A stretch of 32,000 nt of DNA from Rhodobacter capsulatus SB 1003 (GCF_000021865.1 NC_014034.1:1230001-1262000); one strand, 5' to 3'. Counted from the first letter of the stretch, positions 16,579 through 25,339 are shown. Notes: generated from the letters alone by a model not told the origin. A program made the numbers and translations.

Positions 16579-17286
16579 TCAGGGCGCAGGCTTCACCCGC
16601 TCCAGCAGCTCCAGCACTTTCGGCCCCAAGGCGTCGACGACCAGCCCCACCCCCCTGGCCGAGGGATGGATGTTGTCGGCCTGCATCAGCCCCTCGGCCG
16701 CGCGCGCCTCCGGCGTCTTGGCGGCGATCGGCGCCAGCAGATCGGGCACCACCACCGCACCGTATTTCGCCCCCAGCTCCGGCCAGATCGCATCGTAACC
16801 GGCCTGCCAGTCCGGGCCGTAATTGCCGGGCGCCTTCAGACCGACCAGCGCCACCGGCAGATCCCGTGCCGTCACCTCGGAGAGCATCGCATCAAGGTTC
16901 GCGCGCGCCTGCGCGGGGGGCTGGCCGCGCAGCATGTCATTGCCGCCAAGCGCGATCATCACCGCATCGATCTCGGGCGTCAAAGACCAGCCCAGCCGCG
17001 CCCGCCCGCCCGATGTCGTGTCCCCCGACACGCCCGCATTGATCACCGTCACCTCGGCGCCCCGCGTCCGCAACCAGCCCTGCAGCTGCGGCACCAGCCC
17101 CTGATCCGGGTCCAGCCCGTACCCCTGGGTCAGGCTGTCGCCCACGGCCAGAAGCGTCACCGGCTCGGCCGCGGCCCCCCCGCCGATGCCCAGCGCGAAA
17201 ATCCCCGCAAGCGCCGCCTTGCCCAGCCGCCGCCGCACCCCATATCCGGTTGATCCCCTTTGCAGACAGGCCCAGATGACCGACAT
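16579..17286 (-). CDS. SGNH/GDSL-family arylesterase / thioesterase (TesA-like), secreted
   Basis: Motifs are GDSLTQGYG (block I), GGND, and DNIHPS (the DxxH catalytic pair). The N-terminus has a signal-like segment (RRRLGKAALAGIFALGIGGGAAA|EP). The ATG at 17286 has GGGAGAG upstream, and the in-frame GTG at 17238 is a plausible alternative start. Confidence 0.8.
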   Translation of the reverse strand: MSVIWACLQRGSTGYGVRRRLGKAALAGIFALGIGGGAAAEPVTLLAVGDSLTQGYGLDPDQGLVPQLQGWLRTRGAEVTVINAGVSGDTTSGGRARLGWSLTPEIDAVMIALGGNDMLRGQPPAQARANLDAMLSEVTARDLPVALVGLKAPGNYGPDWQAGYDAIWPELGAKYGAVVVPDLLAPIAAKTPEARAAEGLMQADNIHPSARGVGLVVDALGPKVLELLERVKPAP

Positions 17287-17944
17287 CGTTCTCTCCCTTG
17301 CCGACGCGCGACTGACCTTGGCCGGAAATGCCGGTCCCGTCGAGATCCTGCATGCGATCACGCTGGATATCCTGCGCGGCGAAAGCGTGGGGCTGGTGGG
17401 GCCGTCCGGGTCGGGCAAGTCGTCGCTTCTGATGCTGATGGGCGGGCTTGAACGCGCCACGGGCGGGCAGGTTCTGGCCTTGGGCCGCGATCTGACCGCG
17501 CTGGGCGAGGATGATCTGGCCCGCTTTCGTCGCGGCAACATGGGGATCGTGTTTCAGTCTTTCCATCTGGTCCCCACGATGACGGCGCTGGAAAACGTGG
17601 CGCTGCCCTTGCAGATCGCCGGGGCCAGGGATGCGCTGCCCCGCGCCGAGGCGGAACTGGCCCGGGTCGGGCTTGGCCATCGGCGCAACCATTATCCGTC
17701 GGAAATGTCGGGGGGCGAGCAGCAGCGCGTGGCGCTGGCCCGCGCCGTCGCGCCGCGCCCGGCGATCCTGCTGGCCGATGAACCCACGGGCAATCTGGAT
17801 GCCGCGAATGGCGCCGCGATCATCGAGCTTCTCTTCACCCTGCAGGCGGAAACCGGGGCGACGCTGGTGCTGGTCACCCATGCGCCGGATCTGGCCGCGC
17901 GCTGCAGCCGTCTGGTGCGTCTGGCCGACGGGCGGCTGGCATGA
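17276..17944 (+). CDS. ABC transporter ATP-binding protein, MacB/LolD/YbbA-like
   Basis: The start is at MTDIVLSLADARL. Motifs are Walker A GPSGSGKSS, signature MSGGEQQRVALARA, Walker B LLADEPTGNLD and H-loop VTHA. The protein is 222 aa. Its stop overlaps the permease start (ATGA). Confidence 0.88.
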   Translation: MTDIVLSLADARLTLAGNAGPVEILHAITLDILRGESVGLVGPSGSGKSSLLMLMGGLERATGGQVLALGRDLTALGEDDLARFRRGNMGIVFQSFHLVPTMTALENVALPLQIAGARDALPRAEAELARVGLGHRRNHYPSEMSGGEQQRVALARAVAPRPAILLADEPTGNLDAANGAAIIELLFTLQAETGATLVLVTHAPDLAARCSRLVRLADGRLA

Positions 17945-20448
17945 GGCTGGCGGTCACCATCGCCCGTGCGGAATTGCGCAGCGGGATCAAGGGGTTTCGG
18001 ATCTTTCTTCTGTGCCTGATGCTGGGCGTGGCCGCCATCGCCGCCGTCGGCCTTGTGCGCGAGGCGATCCGGGCCGGGCTGTCCGATCAGGGCGCGGTGC
18101 TGCTGGGCGGGCAGGCGCAGCTGGAATTCACCTATCGCCGCGCGACCGCGCCCGAGCGCGATTGGATCGTCTCTCAGGCCGCCCGGGTCTCGGAGGTGGT
18201 CGATCTGCGCTCGATGGCGACGACGGGCGACGGCGCGGAAACCGCGCTGACGCAGCTCAAGGGCGTCGATGAAAACTGGCCGCTGGTCGGGCAGGTGGTG
18301 CTCGATCCGCCGGTCGGCGTGGCCGCGCTGGCGGGGCAGGGCGGTCTGCCGGGGGCTTTCCTTGATCCGGTGCTGGCCGACCGGCTGGCGCTGAAGCCCG
18401 GGGATCGCTTCCGGCTGGGCGGGCAGGACTTCGTGCTGATGGCGCGGCTCATGACCGAACCCGATGCGGGCGGGGCGGGCATGGCCTTTGGCGCGCGCTC
18501 GGTGGTGGCGCTTTCGGCGCTGGAGCGCACGCCGCTTCTGGCCCCCGGCTCGCTTTACGAAACGCAATACCGCCTGACCCTGCCCGAGGGGCAAAGCCTG
18601 CCCGCGCTCAAATCCGCGGCGCAAAAGCGCTTTGACGGCGCGGGGATGCGCTGGAGCGATGCGCGCCGCGCCGCCCCCGCGGTCGAACGGTTTACCGACC
18701 GGCTCGGCTCTTTCCTCGTGCTGGTGGGGCTCGCCGGGCTGGCGGTGGGGGGCGTCGGCATCTTTGCCACCGTGCAGGCCTGGATTGCGCGCAAGGCGGC
18801 GACGATTGCCACGCTGCGGGCGCTCGGCGCCTCGGGGGCGACGATCCGGGGCGCGTTTCTGATCCAGCTGGCCGCGCTGACGGTGCTTGGCGTGCTGGCG
18901 GGGCTTGCGCTGGCCGCGGCGCTGGTTCTGGCGGCGCAGGGCCCGATTGCCGCCGCCATGCCGGTGCCGGTCACGGTGACGCTTGCCGCCCGGCCGCTGC
19001 TCGAGGCCGCGATCTATGGCACGCTGACGGCGGCGATCTTTGCGCTTTGGCCGCTGGCGCAGCTCTCCGAACTGCGCGCCGCCACGCTCTACCGCGAGGC
19101 GCAGAGGGCGCGGCGCGGCCTGCCGGGCTGGGGGATGCTGGCGCTGATCGGCGCGCTGACGGCGGCGCTTCTGGGCGCGGCGGTGGCGTTTTCGGGCCTG
19201 CCCGCGCTGACGCTGGGCACTTTGGGCGGTGTGGCGGGGGCGCTTCTGGCGCTGGCCTTCGCCGCGGCGGGCATCCGCCGTCTGGCCCGCCGCCTTGGGC
19301 CGCAAAGCGCCCGGTTTCCGGCGCTGCATGCGGCGCTGGCGGCCATCGGCGCGCCGCGATCCGAGGCTGTGGCGGTCATTCTGGCGCTGGGCCTTGGGCT
19401 TTCGGTTCTGGCCGCGGTCGGTCAGGTCGAAAGCGGGCTGCGCGGCGCCATTGCGAAAGACCTGCCGAAACTGGCGCCTGCCTTCTTCCTGATGGACATT
19501 CCCCCGCCGGACCGCCCGGCGCTGGTGGAAAGGATGCAGGAGTTCGCCGGTGTCTCGCGCGTCGATACCGTGCCGATGCTGCGCGGCATCCTGACGAAGA
19601 TCAACGGCGAAGACGCGCGCAAGGTCGCGGGCGAGCATTGGGTCTTGCGCGGCGACCGCGGCGTGACTTTTGCCGAAACCCCGCGTGAAAAGCTGACCGC
19701 GGGGCAGTGGTGGCCCAAGGATTACGCCGGCCCGCCGCTCGTCTCCGTCTCGGCCAAGGAGGCCGCGGAACTGGGGCTGAAGCTGGGCGACCGGCTGACG
19801 GTGAACATTCTGGGGCGGGATATCGAGGCCGAAATCGCCTCGTTCCGCGATGTCGATTTTTCCACCATGGGGATCGGCTTCGTGCTGACCTTTTCGCCCA
19901 ATGCGCTGGCGGGGGCGCCGCATACCGAACTGGCGACGATCTACGCCCCCCCCGCCGAGGAGGCGCCGATCCTGCGCGCGCTCTCGAAAGAGTTTCCGAC
20001 CGTGACCGCCATCCCCGTGCGCGAGGCGATGGGGCGGGTCAGCGACGCGCTGGCCGCGATCGCGCGGGCGGTGGCGCTGGCGGCCTCGGTCACGCTGCTG
20101 ACCGGCTTCACCGTGCTTCTGGGCGCGGCCGCCGCGGGTGAGGAAGCCCGGGCGCGGGAAGCGGCGCTGCTCAAGACCCTTGGCGCGACGCGCGGGCTGA
20201 TCTTGCGGTCCTTTGCGCTGCGGGCGCTGATCCTGGGCGCGGCCTCGGGGGCGATTGCGGTGGCGGTGGGGGCGCTGGCCGGTTGGGCGGTGCTGCGCTT
20301 CGTGATGGAGGCGACCTTCCGCTTTGATCCGGTTTCGGCCGGGGAGATCGTGCTGGGCGGCATGGCGGCGGTGCTGATCGCGGGGCTGCTCTTTGCGGCA
20401 CGCCCGCTTTCGGTGCGTCCGGCGCAGGTGCTGCGGGCGCAGGATTGA
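17941..20448 (+). CDS. ABC transporter permease with two FtsX-like domains (YbbP-like)
   Basis: 835 aa. It contains two blocks of four TM segments, each preceded by a large extracytoplasmic loop. It is translationally coupled to the ATPase gene. The synteny matches E. coli tesA / ybbA-ybbP. Confidence 0.82.
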   Translation: MRLAVTIARAELRSGIKGFRIFLLCLMLGVAAIAAVGLVREAIRAGLSDQGAVLLGGQAQLEFTYRRATAPERDWIVSQAARVSEVVDLRSMATTGDGAETALTQLKGVDENWPLVGQVVLDPPVGVAALAGQGGLPGAFLDPVLADRLALKPGDRFRLGGQDFVLMARLMTEPDAGGAGMAFGARSVVALSALERTPLLAPGSLYETQYRLTLPEGQSLPALKSAAQKRFDGAGMRWSDARRAAPAVERFTDRLGSFLVLVGLAGLAVGGVGIFATVQAWIARKAATIATLRALGASGATIRGAFLIQLAALTVLGVLAGLALAAALVLAAQGPIAAAMPVPVTVTLAARPLLEAAIYGTLTAAIFALWPLAQLSELRAATLYREAQRARRGLPGWGMLALIGALTAALLGAAVAFSGLPALTLGTLGGVAGALLALAFAAAGIRRLARRLGPQSARFPALHAALAAIGAPRSEAVAVILALGLGLSVLAAVGQVESGLRGAIAKDLPKLAPAFFLMDIPPPDRPALVERMQEFAGVSRVDTVPMLRGILTKINGEDARKVAGEHWVLRGDRGVTFAETPREKLTAGQWWPKDYAGPPLVSVSAKEAAELGLKLGDRLTVNILGRDIEAEIASFRDVDFSTMGIGFVLTFSPNALAGAPHTELATIYAPPAEEAPILRALSKEFPTVTAIPVREAMGRVSDALAAIARAVALAASVTLLTGFTVLLGAAAAGEEARAREAALLKTLGATRGLILRSFALRALILGAASGAIAVAVGALAGWAVLRFVMEATFRFDPVSAGEIVLGGMAAVLIAGLLFAARPLSVRPAQVLRAQD

Positions 20449-20456
20449 ACGAAAAA

Positions 20457-20486
20457 CCCCGCGGGACAGGGTCCGGCGGGGCGTTT
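20457..20486. terminator. bidirectional intrinsic terminator between the permease and transglycosylase genes
   Basis: CCCCGCGGGAC-agg-GTCCGGCGGGG forms an 11-bp stem with one mismatch. It is flanked by AAAAA on the 5' side and CGTTT on the 3' side. Read on the minus strand, the stem is followed by TTTTTC. Confidence 0.7.
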
Positions 20487-20504
20487 GATCTGCGGTGGCG
20501 GGTC

Positions 20505-20972
20505 TCAGGCCAGCCCGACCTCTTCCAGAATGCCGCGGCGCTTGGCTTCGTAGTAATAGCCCTTGGCATACCAGGTCACGGCGCGGCTTTCGCTGCCATC
20601 GGCACACATCCAGGCGCCGCGCAGGTATTTCACCCCGTATTTCAGGTTCGTATCCGCATCGAGCAGATCCGCGGCCGAGCCGTCAAAGCCCATCGTCCCC
20701 GCGGTGCGCGGATGGATCTGCATCAGCCCGTAATAGGGGCCGTTGCGGGCGCCCGGATTGTAGCCGCTTTCGCGCTGCACGATCCGGTGCACCAGACTGC
20801 GCGGCACGTCGTAATGATCGGCCCAGCGGTTGATCTTGGCGCGCATCGCGGGGCTTTCGCCGGGTTTCAGCAGGCCATCGGGCGGGTTTTTCGACGATTG
20901 ACGGCCCGTACCACAAGCCGAAAGCGCCAGGGCGGCACCAAAGCTCAGCAGCAGGGATCGGCGGGACAGCAT
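20505..20972 (-). CDS. lytic transglycosylase (SLT domain) lipoprotein
   Basis: 155 aa with lipobox LALSAC. The SLT catalytic motif is VQRESGYNPGARNGPYYGLMQI. GGAGG lies 6 nt upstream of the ATG. Confidence 0.85.
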   Translation of the reverse strand: MLSRRSLLLSFGAALALSACGTGRQSSKNPPDGLLKPGESPAMRAKINRWADHYDVPRSLVHRIVQRESGYNPGARNGPYYGLMQIHPRTAGTMGFDGSAADLLDADTNLKYGVKYLRGAWMCADGSESRAVTWYAKGYYYEAKRRGILEEVGLA

Positions 20973-21082
20973 GTGGCCTCCAGTCGCTCACGGGTTCGTT
21001 TCAGCCGTGATACCGAGGCGTGATCCCTGCGGCAAAGGAATTTTCCGCGCCCGGGCGACAATGGGCGGCGTTTTGCCGATGC

Positions 21083-23503
21083 TCAGGCGGCGGCGCGGCG
21101 CAGACGCAGCGCATTGGTGACGACGAAAACCGACGACAGCGACATCGCCGCCGCGGCCAGCATCGGCGACAGGCCGGGCCCGCCAAAGGGCACCAGCACG
21201 CCCATCGCGACCGGGATCAGCGCGGCGTTATAGGCGAAAGCCCAGAACAGGTTTTGCCGGATGTTGCGCATCACGGCTTTGGAGAGCGCAACCGCACGGA
21301 CCGCCCCGCGCGGATCGGCGCCGACGATCACCACCTCGGCCGCCTCGATCGCGACATCGGTGCCCGACCCCAGCGCAAGGCCGACATCGGCCGCCGCAAG
21401 GGCAGGGGCGTCGTTGATGCCATCGCCGACGAAGGCCACCGCGCCCGCGCGTTTCATCTCCTCCAGCGCCGCGACCTTGCCCGCGGGCAGCACCCCCGCG
21501 ATGACGCGCGAAATGCCCAGCTGCCGCCCGACCGCCTCGGCCGTCGCCGCGACATCGCCCGAAATCATCGCCACCGCGACGCCCGCGCGCGTCAGTGCCG
21601 CGACGGCGTCAGTGGCATGGGCTTTCGGCGGATCGGCCAGCGCCAGAACGGCAACCGGAGCACCATCCAGCGCCACCAGAACCGGGGTTTTCCCATCCTG
21701 CGCAAAGACTTCGGCCGTGGGCTGCAGCGGGGCGGGGTCGATCCCGGCCTCGACGAGGGCCGCGGCATTGCCCAAAAGGATCGGACGTCCCTCGACCTCG
21801 GCCGACAGGCCGCGGCCCGGGGTGGCGATCACCTTGCGGGCGCGGGCGGGGGCGATCCCCGCCGCCTCGGCCGCCTGCACCACGGCGCGGGCCAGCGGGT
21901 GTTCGGACCGCGCCTCGGCCCCGGCGGCCAGGCGCAAAATCTCGGCCTCGGTCTGGCCCGGAAGGACGAAAAGATCGGTCAGCGCCGGACGCCCCTCGGT
22001 CAGGGTGCCGGTCTTGTCAAAGGCAAGCGTGCGCACCTCGGCCAGCCGTTGCAGCGCATCGCCGCGCCGGAAGAGAAGGCCCAGCTCCGCCCCCCGCCCG
22101 GTGCCGACCAGGATCGAGACCGGCGTCGCCAGCCCCATCGCGCAGGGGCAGGCGATGATCATCACCGAAATCGCCGCGACGAGCGCGGGCGCCAGCCCTT
22201 GCCCCAGCGCGACCCAGACCGCGAAGGTCAGGGTCGACAGCGCCATCACCACCGGCACGAAAACCCGGGTGACACGGTCGACCAGCGCCTGCACCGGCAG
22301 TTTCTGCCCCTGCGCCGCCTCGACCAGCGCGATGATGCGCGACAGAACCGTATCCGCCCCGGTCGCGGTAACGCGGAAGACCAGCGCCGAAGTGCCGTTC
22401 ACCGTGCCGCCGGTGACCGGCTGGCCGGGGGCTTTCCCGACCGGGACCGGCTCGCCCGTCAGCATGCTTTCGTCAACAAATCCATGGCCTTCGGTGATGA
22501 TCCCATCCACCGCCACCCGCCCGCCCGGGGCCAGGTCTACCAGATCGCCGGGGGCAAGTTCCTCGACCGGCAGCTCGATGGTGCCCTCCGGCCGCTGCAC
22601 CCGCGCCGTCGCCGGACGCAGCGCCACAAGCCGCGAGATCGCTTCGCCCGCCTGCCCCTTTGCCCGCGCCTCAAGCCAGCGGCCCAAAAGGATCAGCGTC
22701 ACGATCACCGCCGCCGCCTCGAAATAGACATCGACCGTGCCGGGCGGCAGGATCTGCGGCACCAGCACGACCAGCGCCGAATACCCCCAGGCGGCAAGCG
22801 CCCCCAGCGCCACAAGCGAGTTCATCTCGGGCGCAAGGCGGAACAGCGCAGGCAGGCCCAGACGCAGGAAGACCCGGCCCGGAAAGGCCAGAACCAGCGT
22901 GGTGAAGACGAATTGCACCGCCTGCATCCCGTCCTCGCCGATCAGGCGGGCCAGAAGATGATGCAGCGGCGGGTAAAGATGCGGCCCCATCGCCAGAAAG
23001 AAGACCGGCGCGGTCAGCAGCGCCGACAGCAGGACCTGACGTTTCAGCCGCGCCGCCTCGGCCGCCTGCCGCTCGGCCACCGGGGCCGGGGCGGCCGTCG
23101 CGCGGATCACCCGGGCCGGCACGTCGATGGCGTCGAGCCGCCGCAGCAGTTCCGAAGGCGCCACCGTGCCCTGCGCATAGGTGACGCGGGCGCTGCCCTC
23201 GGGCAAAAGCAGGACCGAGAGCACCCCGGGCGTCGCCTGCAGCGCGGACACGACCCTGTCCGCCGGGGGGGGGGCGTCGAAGCCCAGACAGGTCTCGGCC
23301 TCGGCAATCGGATAGCCCGCCCGCGCCAGCGCCTCGGCCAGGGTTTCCGCCCGCGCCGGGGCCTCGAACTCGACCCGGACCGAGCGCGCCATCAGATTGG
23401 CGGCGGCCAGCGTCACCCCCGCTTCGGCCTGCAACGCCCGCTCCACCCGCCCGGTGCAGGCGCCGCAATGCATTCCCTCGACGATGAAACTGGTGCTGGC
23501 CAT
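21083..23503 (-). CDS. copA: copper-exporting P1B-type ATPase
   Basis: 806 aa. It has an N-terminal HMA domain with GMHCGACTGRVE, a second HMA-like domain lacking Cys, TGE, the CPC motif (IIACPCAMGLATP), DKTGTLT and GDGINDAPAL. AAGGAGAG lies upstream of the ATG. Confidence 0.9.
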   Translation of the reverse strand: MASTSFIVEGMHCGACTGRVERALQAEAGVTLAAANLMARSVRVEFEAPARAETLAEALARAGYPIAEAETCLGFDAPPPADRVVSALQATPGVLSVLLLPEGSARVTYAQGTVAPSELLRRLDAIDVPARVIRATAAPAPVAERQAAEAARLKRQVLLSALLTAPVFFLAMGPHLYPPLHHLLARLIGEDGMQAVQFVFTTLVLAFPGRVFLRLGLPALFRLAPEMNSLVALGALAAWGYSALVVLVPQILPPGTVDVYFEAAAVIVTLILLGRWLEARAKGQAGEAISRLVALRPATARVQRPEGTIELPVEELAPGDLVDLAPGGRVAVDGIITEGHGFVDESMLTGEPVPVGKAPGQPVTGGTVNGTSALVFRVTATGADTVLSRIIALVEAAQGQKLPVQALVDRVTRVFVPVVMALSTLTFAVWVALGQGLAPALVAAISVMIIACPCAMGLATPVSILVGTGRGAELGLLFRRGDALQRLAEVRTLAFDKTGTLTEGRPALTDLFVLPGQTEAEILRLAAGAEARSEHPLARAVVQAAEAAGIAPARARKVIATPGRGLSAEVEGRPILLGNAAALVEAGIDPAPLQPTAEVFAQDGKTPVLVALDGAPVAVLALADPPKAHATDAVAALTRAGVAVAMISGDVAATAEAVGRQLGISRVIAGVLPAGKVAALEEMKRAGAVAFVGDGINDAPALAAADVGLALGSGTDVAIEAAEVVIVGADPRGAVRAVALSKAVMRNIRQNLFWAFAYNAALIPVAMGVLVPFGGPGLSPMLAAAAMSLSSVFVVTNALRLRRAAA

Positions 23504-23570
23504 GGCGCTCTCCTTTGCCCTTCAGTTGCGCCGCCGCGCGGCAAGGTCAAGCGTTGAAACATTCGAGAAC

Positions 23571-23599
23571 TTGAATTTGTAGGGCGGTGATGCTATCTG
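23571..23599 (+). promoter_or_regulatory. candidate sigma70-type promoter for the DUF2892 gene
   Basis: TTGAAT (23571-23576), a 17-nt spacer, then TATCTG (23594-23599). It lies in a locally AT-rich patch 34 nt upstream of the ATG at 23633. Confidence 0.35.
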
Positions 23600-23632
23600 A
23601 GGGGTGATGACATCCGCAACCGGAGGCTTCCG

Positions 23633-23842
23633 ATGACCCTTGACCGCGCCGTTCTTGTCTTTGCCGGGATCATGGTTCTGCTCAGCGTTTTGCTGACCTG
23701 GACCGTGTCGGCCTGGTTCCTGTGGTTCACCGTCTTCATCGGCGTGAACCTGATCCAGTCCGCCTTCACCGGCTTCTGCCCCGCCGCGATGGTGCTGGGC
23801 AAGCTCGGCTTCCAGACCGGCTGCGCCTTCGAGGCGAAATAA
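23633..23842 (+). CDS. DUF2892 (YgaP C-terminal-like) small inner-membrane protein
   Basis: 69 aa with two TM helices and the conserved TGFCP motif (NLIQSAFTGFCPAAMVLGKLG). GGAGG lies 6 nt upstream. It is divergent from copA. Confidence 0.7.
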   Translation: MTLDRAVLVFAGIMVLLSVLLTWTVSAWFLWFTVFIGVNLIQSAFTGFCPAAMVLGKLGFQTGCAFEAK

Positions 23843-23863
23843 ACCGATCCCGCCCCGCTCTCA

Positions 23864-23886
23864 TCTTGCCCTAAATACCTCGGGGG
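23864..23886. repeat. degenerate copy of the dispersed intergenic element
   Basis: TCTTGCCCTAAATACCTCGGGGG matches about 14 of 18 positions of TCTTGGCCCAAATACGCC. Confidence 0.4.
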
Positions 23887-23902
23887 TGCGGGAGCGCCGG
23901 GT

Positions 23903-23924
23903 CGCCTCGGCGAAAGCCGAGGCG
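23903..23924. terminator. perfect 9-bp stem with GAAA tetraloop between convergent DUF2892 and hisH genes
   Basis: CGCCTCGGC-GAAA-GCCGAGGCG. There is no clear U-tract on either strand. Confidence 0.45.
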
Positions 23925-23932
23925 AAATCCTC

Positions 23933-24574
23933 TCACGGCTTCCAGTTCAGGAAATTCGAGATGATCCGCAGCCCGGTGCGCTGCGATTTCTCCGGGTGGA
24001 ACTGCGTGCCGACGATATTGTCGCGCCCGACGATCGCGGTGATCGCGCCCGCATAATCGGCATGCGCCAGCCGATGCGCGGGGTCTGCCACGACGAAATG
24101 ATAGGAATGCACGAAATAGGCGTGATCGCCCGTCGCGATGCCGTCGAGCACCGGATGGGCGTGATCCAGAACCAGATCGTTCCAGCCCATATGCGGCACC
24201 TTCAGCGTGGCCTCCGCGGGGGTGATCCGCACCACCTCGCCGCCGATCCAGCCAAAGCCCGGCGTCGGCTCGAATTCCAGCCCGCGCGTCGCCAGCATCT
24301 GCATGCCGATGCAGATCCCCATGAAGGGCACGGCGCGGCGGGTGACGGCCTCGTCCACCGCCTCGAACAGCCCGCTGTGGCGGATCAGCGCCGCGCGGCA
24401 GGACGGAAAGGCCCCGTCGCCCGGCAGCACGATCCGGTCGGCACGCGCCACCACATCGGGCTCGGAGGTGACGACGACCGTGCCATGCCCGGCCTCGCGC
24501 GCCATGCGCTCAAAGGCCTTTTGCGCCGAATGCAGGTTGCCAGAATCGTAATCGACCAGAACCGTCAGGCTCAT
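23933..24574 (-). CDS. hisH: imidazole glycerol phosphate synthase, glutamine amidotransferase subunit
   Basis: Family-typical sequence is [25 protein letters not shown] (nucleophile Cys) and VGTQFHPEKS (His-Glu). The ATG at 24574 overlaps the hisB stop, and the GTG at 24577 is an alternative start. Confidence 0.92.
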   Translation of the reverse strand: MSLTVLVDYDSGNLHSAQKAFERMAREAGHGTVVVTSEPDVVARADRIVLPGDGAFPSCRAALIRHSGLFEAVDEAVTRRAVPFMGICIGMQMLATRGLEFEPTPGFGWIGGEVVRITPAEATLKVPHMGWNDLVLDHAHPVLDGIATGDHAYFVHSYHFVVADPAHRLAHADYAGAITAIVGRDNIVGTQFHPEKSQRTGLRIISNFLNWKP

Positions 24575-25161
24575 CACAGCGCCCCTTTCGTCGAGGGCAG
24601 GATCCCCGCCATCCGCGCATCGGGCTCGACCGCCATCCGCAGCGCGCGGGCGACCGCCTTGAAGGCGGCCTCGGCGATGTGGTGGCTGTTCACCCCATGC
24701 ACGCGGTCGACATGCAGGGTGATCCCGCCATGGGTCGAAAGCGCCTGAAAGAATTCGCGCACGAGTTCAGTGTCAAACGTGCCGATCTTCTGCGTCGGCA
24801 GGTCGCAATTCCAGACCAGAAACGGCCGCGCCGACAGATCGAGCGCGCAAGCGACCTGCGCATCATCCATCGCCAGAACGAAATGCCCGTAGCGCCGGAT
24901 GCCGCGCTTGTCGCCCAAGGCCGCAGCCAGCGCCTGGCCGAGCGCGATGCCGGTATCCTCGACCGTGTGGTGATCGTCGATATGCAGATCGCCCCTGGCC
25001 GTCACCTCGAGGTCGATCAGCGCATGCCGCGAGAGCTGATCCAGCATGTGATCGAAAAAGCCGACGCCGGTGGCATTCCGGTACACCCCGGTGCCGTCAA
25101 GGTTCACCGTCACCGAGATTTCGGTCTCGGCGGTCTTGCGATGGATCGTGGCTGTCCGCAT
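24574..25161 (-). CDS. hisB: imidazoleglycerol-phosphate dehydratase (monofunctional)
   Basis: 195 aa. Family-typical sequence is [22 protein letters not shown] and [20 protein letters not shown] lies upstream of the ATG. Confidence 0.92.
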   Translation of the reverse strand: MRTATIHRKTAETEISVTVNLDGTGVYRNATGVGFFDHMLDQLSRHALIDLEVTARGDLHIDDHHTVEDTGIALGQALAAALGDKRGIRRYGHFVLAMDDAQVACALDLSARPFLVWNCDLPTQKIGTFDTELVREFFQALSTHGGITLHVDRVHGVNSHHIAEAAFKAVARALRMAVEPDARMAGILPSTKGAL

Positions 25162-25186
25162 CGGCTGCTCCTCTTGGTTTCAGGGC

Positions 25187-25215
25187 CTTATAGGGCGGGC
25201 AGGGGCGGATGTTAA
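25187..25215 (-). promoter_or_regulatory. candidate sigma70-type promoter for hisBH
   Basis: On the minus strand, TTAACA (25215-25210), a 17-nt spacer, then TATAAG (25192-25187). It sits between the tRNA terminator and the hisB start. Confidence 0.35.
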
Positions 25216-25226
25216 GCCGGAAGCCG

Positions 25227-25264
25227 AAAAGACGAAACCCTCCCCGAGGGGAGGGTTCTTCGTC
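25227..25264 (-). terminator. intrinsic terminator of the tRNA-Gly pair
   Basis: On the minus strand, GACGAAGAACCCTCCCC-tc-GGGGAGGGTTTCGTC forms a long GC-rich stem with a 2-nt bulge, followed by TTTTC. It abuts the 3' CCA of the distal tRNA. Confidence 0.7.
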
Positions 25265-25339
25265 TGGAGCGGGCGATGAGATTCGAACTCACGACCCTAA
25301 CCTTGGCAAGGTTATGCTCTACCCCTGAGCTACGCCCGC
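25265..25339 (-). tRNA. tRNA-Gly (anticodon GCC), CCA encoded
   Basis: The reverse complement is GCGGGCG TA GCTC AGGGGTA GAGC A TAACC TTGCCAA GGTTA GGGTC GTGAG TTCGAAT CTCAT CGCCCGC T CCA. This gives a perfect 7-bp acceptor stem, D, anticodon and T stems, a TTCGAAT T-loop and discriminator U. Confidence 0.95.

Noticed and set aside
17692-20607. 971-aa ORF on the minus strand, the longest in the window
   Set aside because: It is extremely Arg/Gly/Pro/Gln-rich and has no TM segments or catalytic motifs. It is antisense to the ABC ATPase/permease pair, which has canonical Walker and FtsX-like features and translational coupling. It is a shadow ORF.
21020-23557. 845-aa plus-strand ORF opposite copA, with nested ORFs at 21261-22727 and 21595-22158
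   Set aside because: It has low-complexity R/G/D/Q/P composition. The minus-strand frame encodes every P1B ATPase signature, with a strong SD sequence upstream of its ATG.
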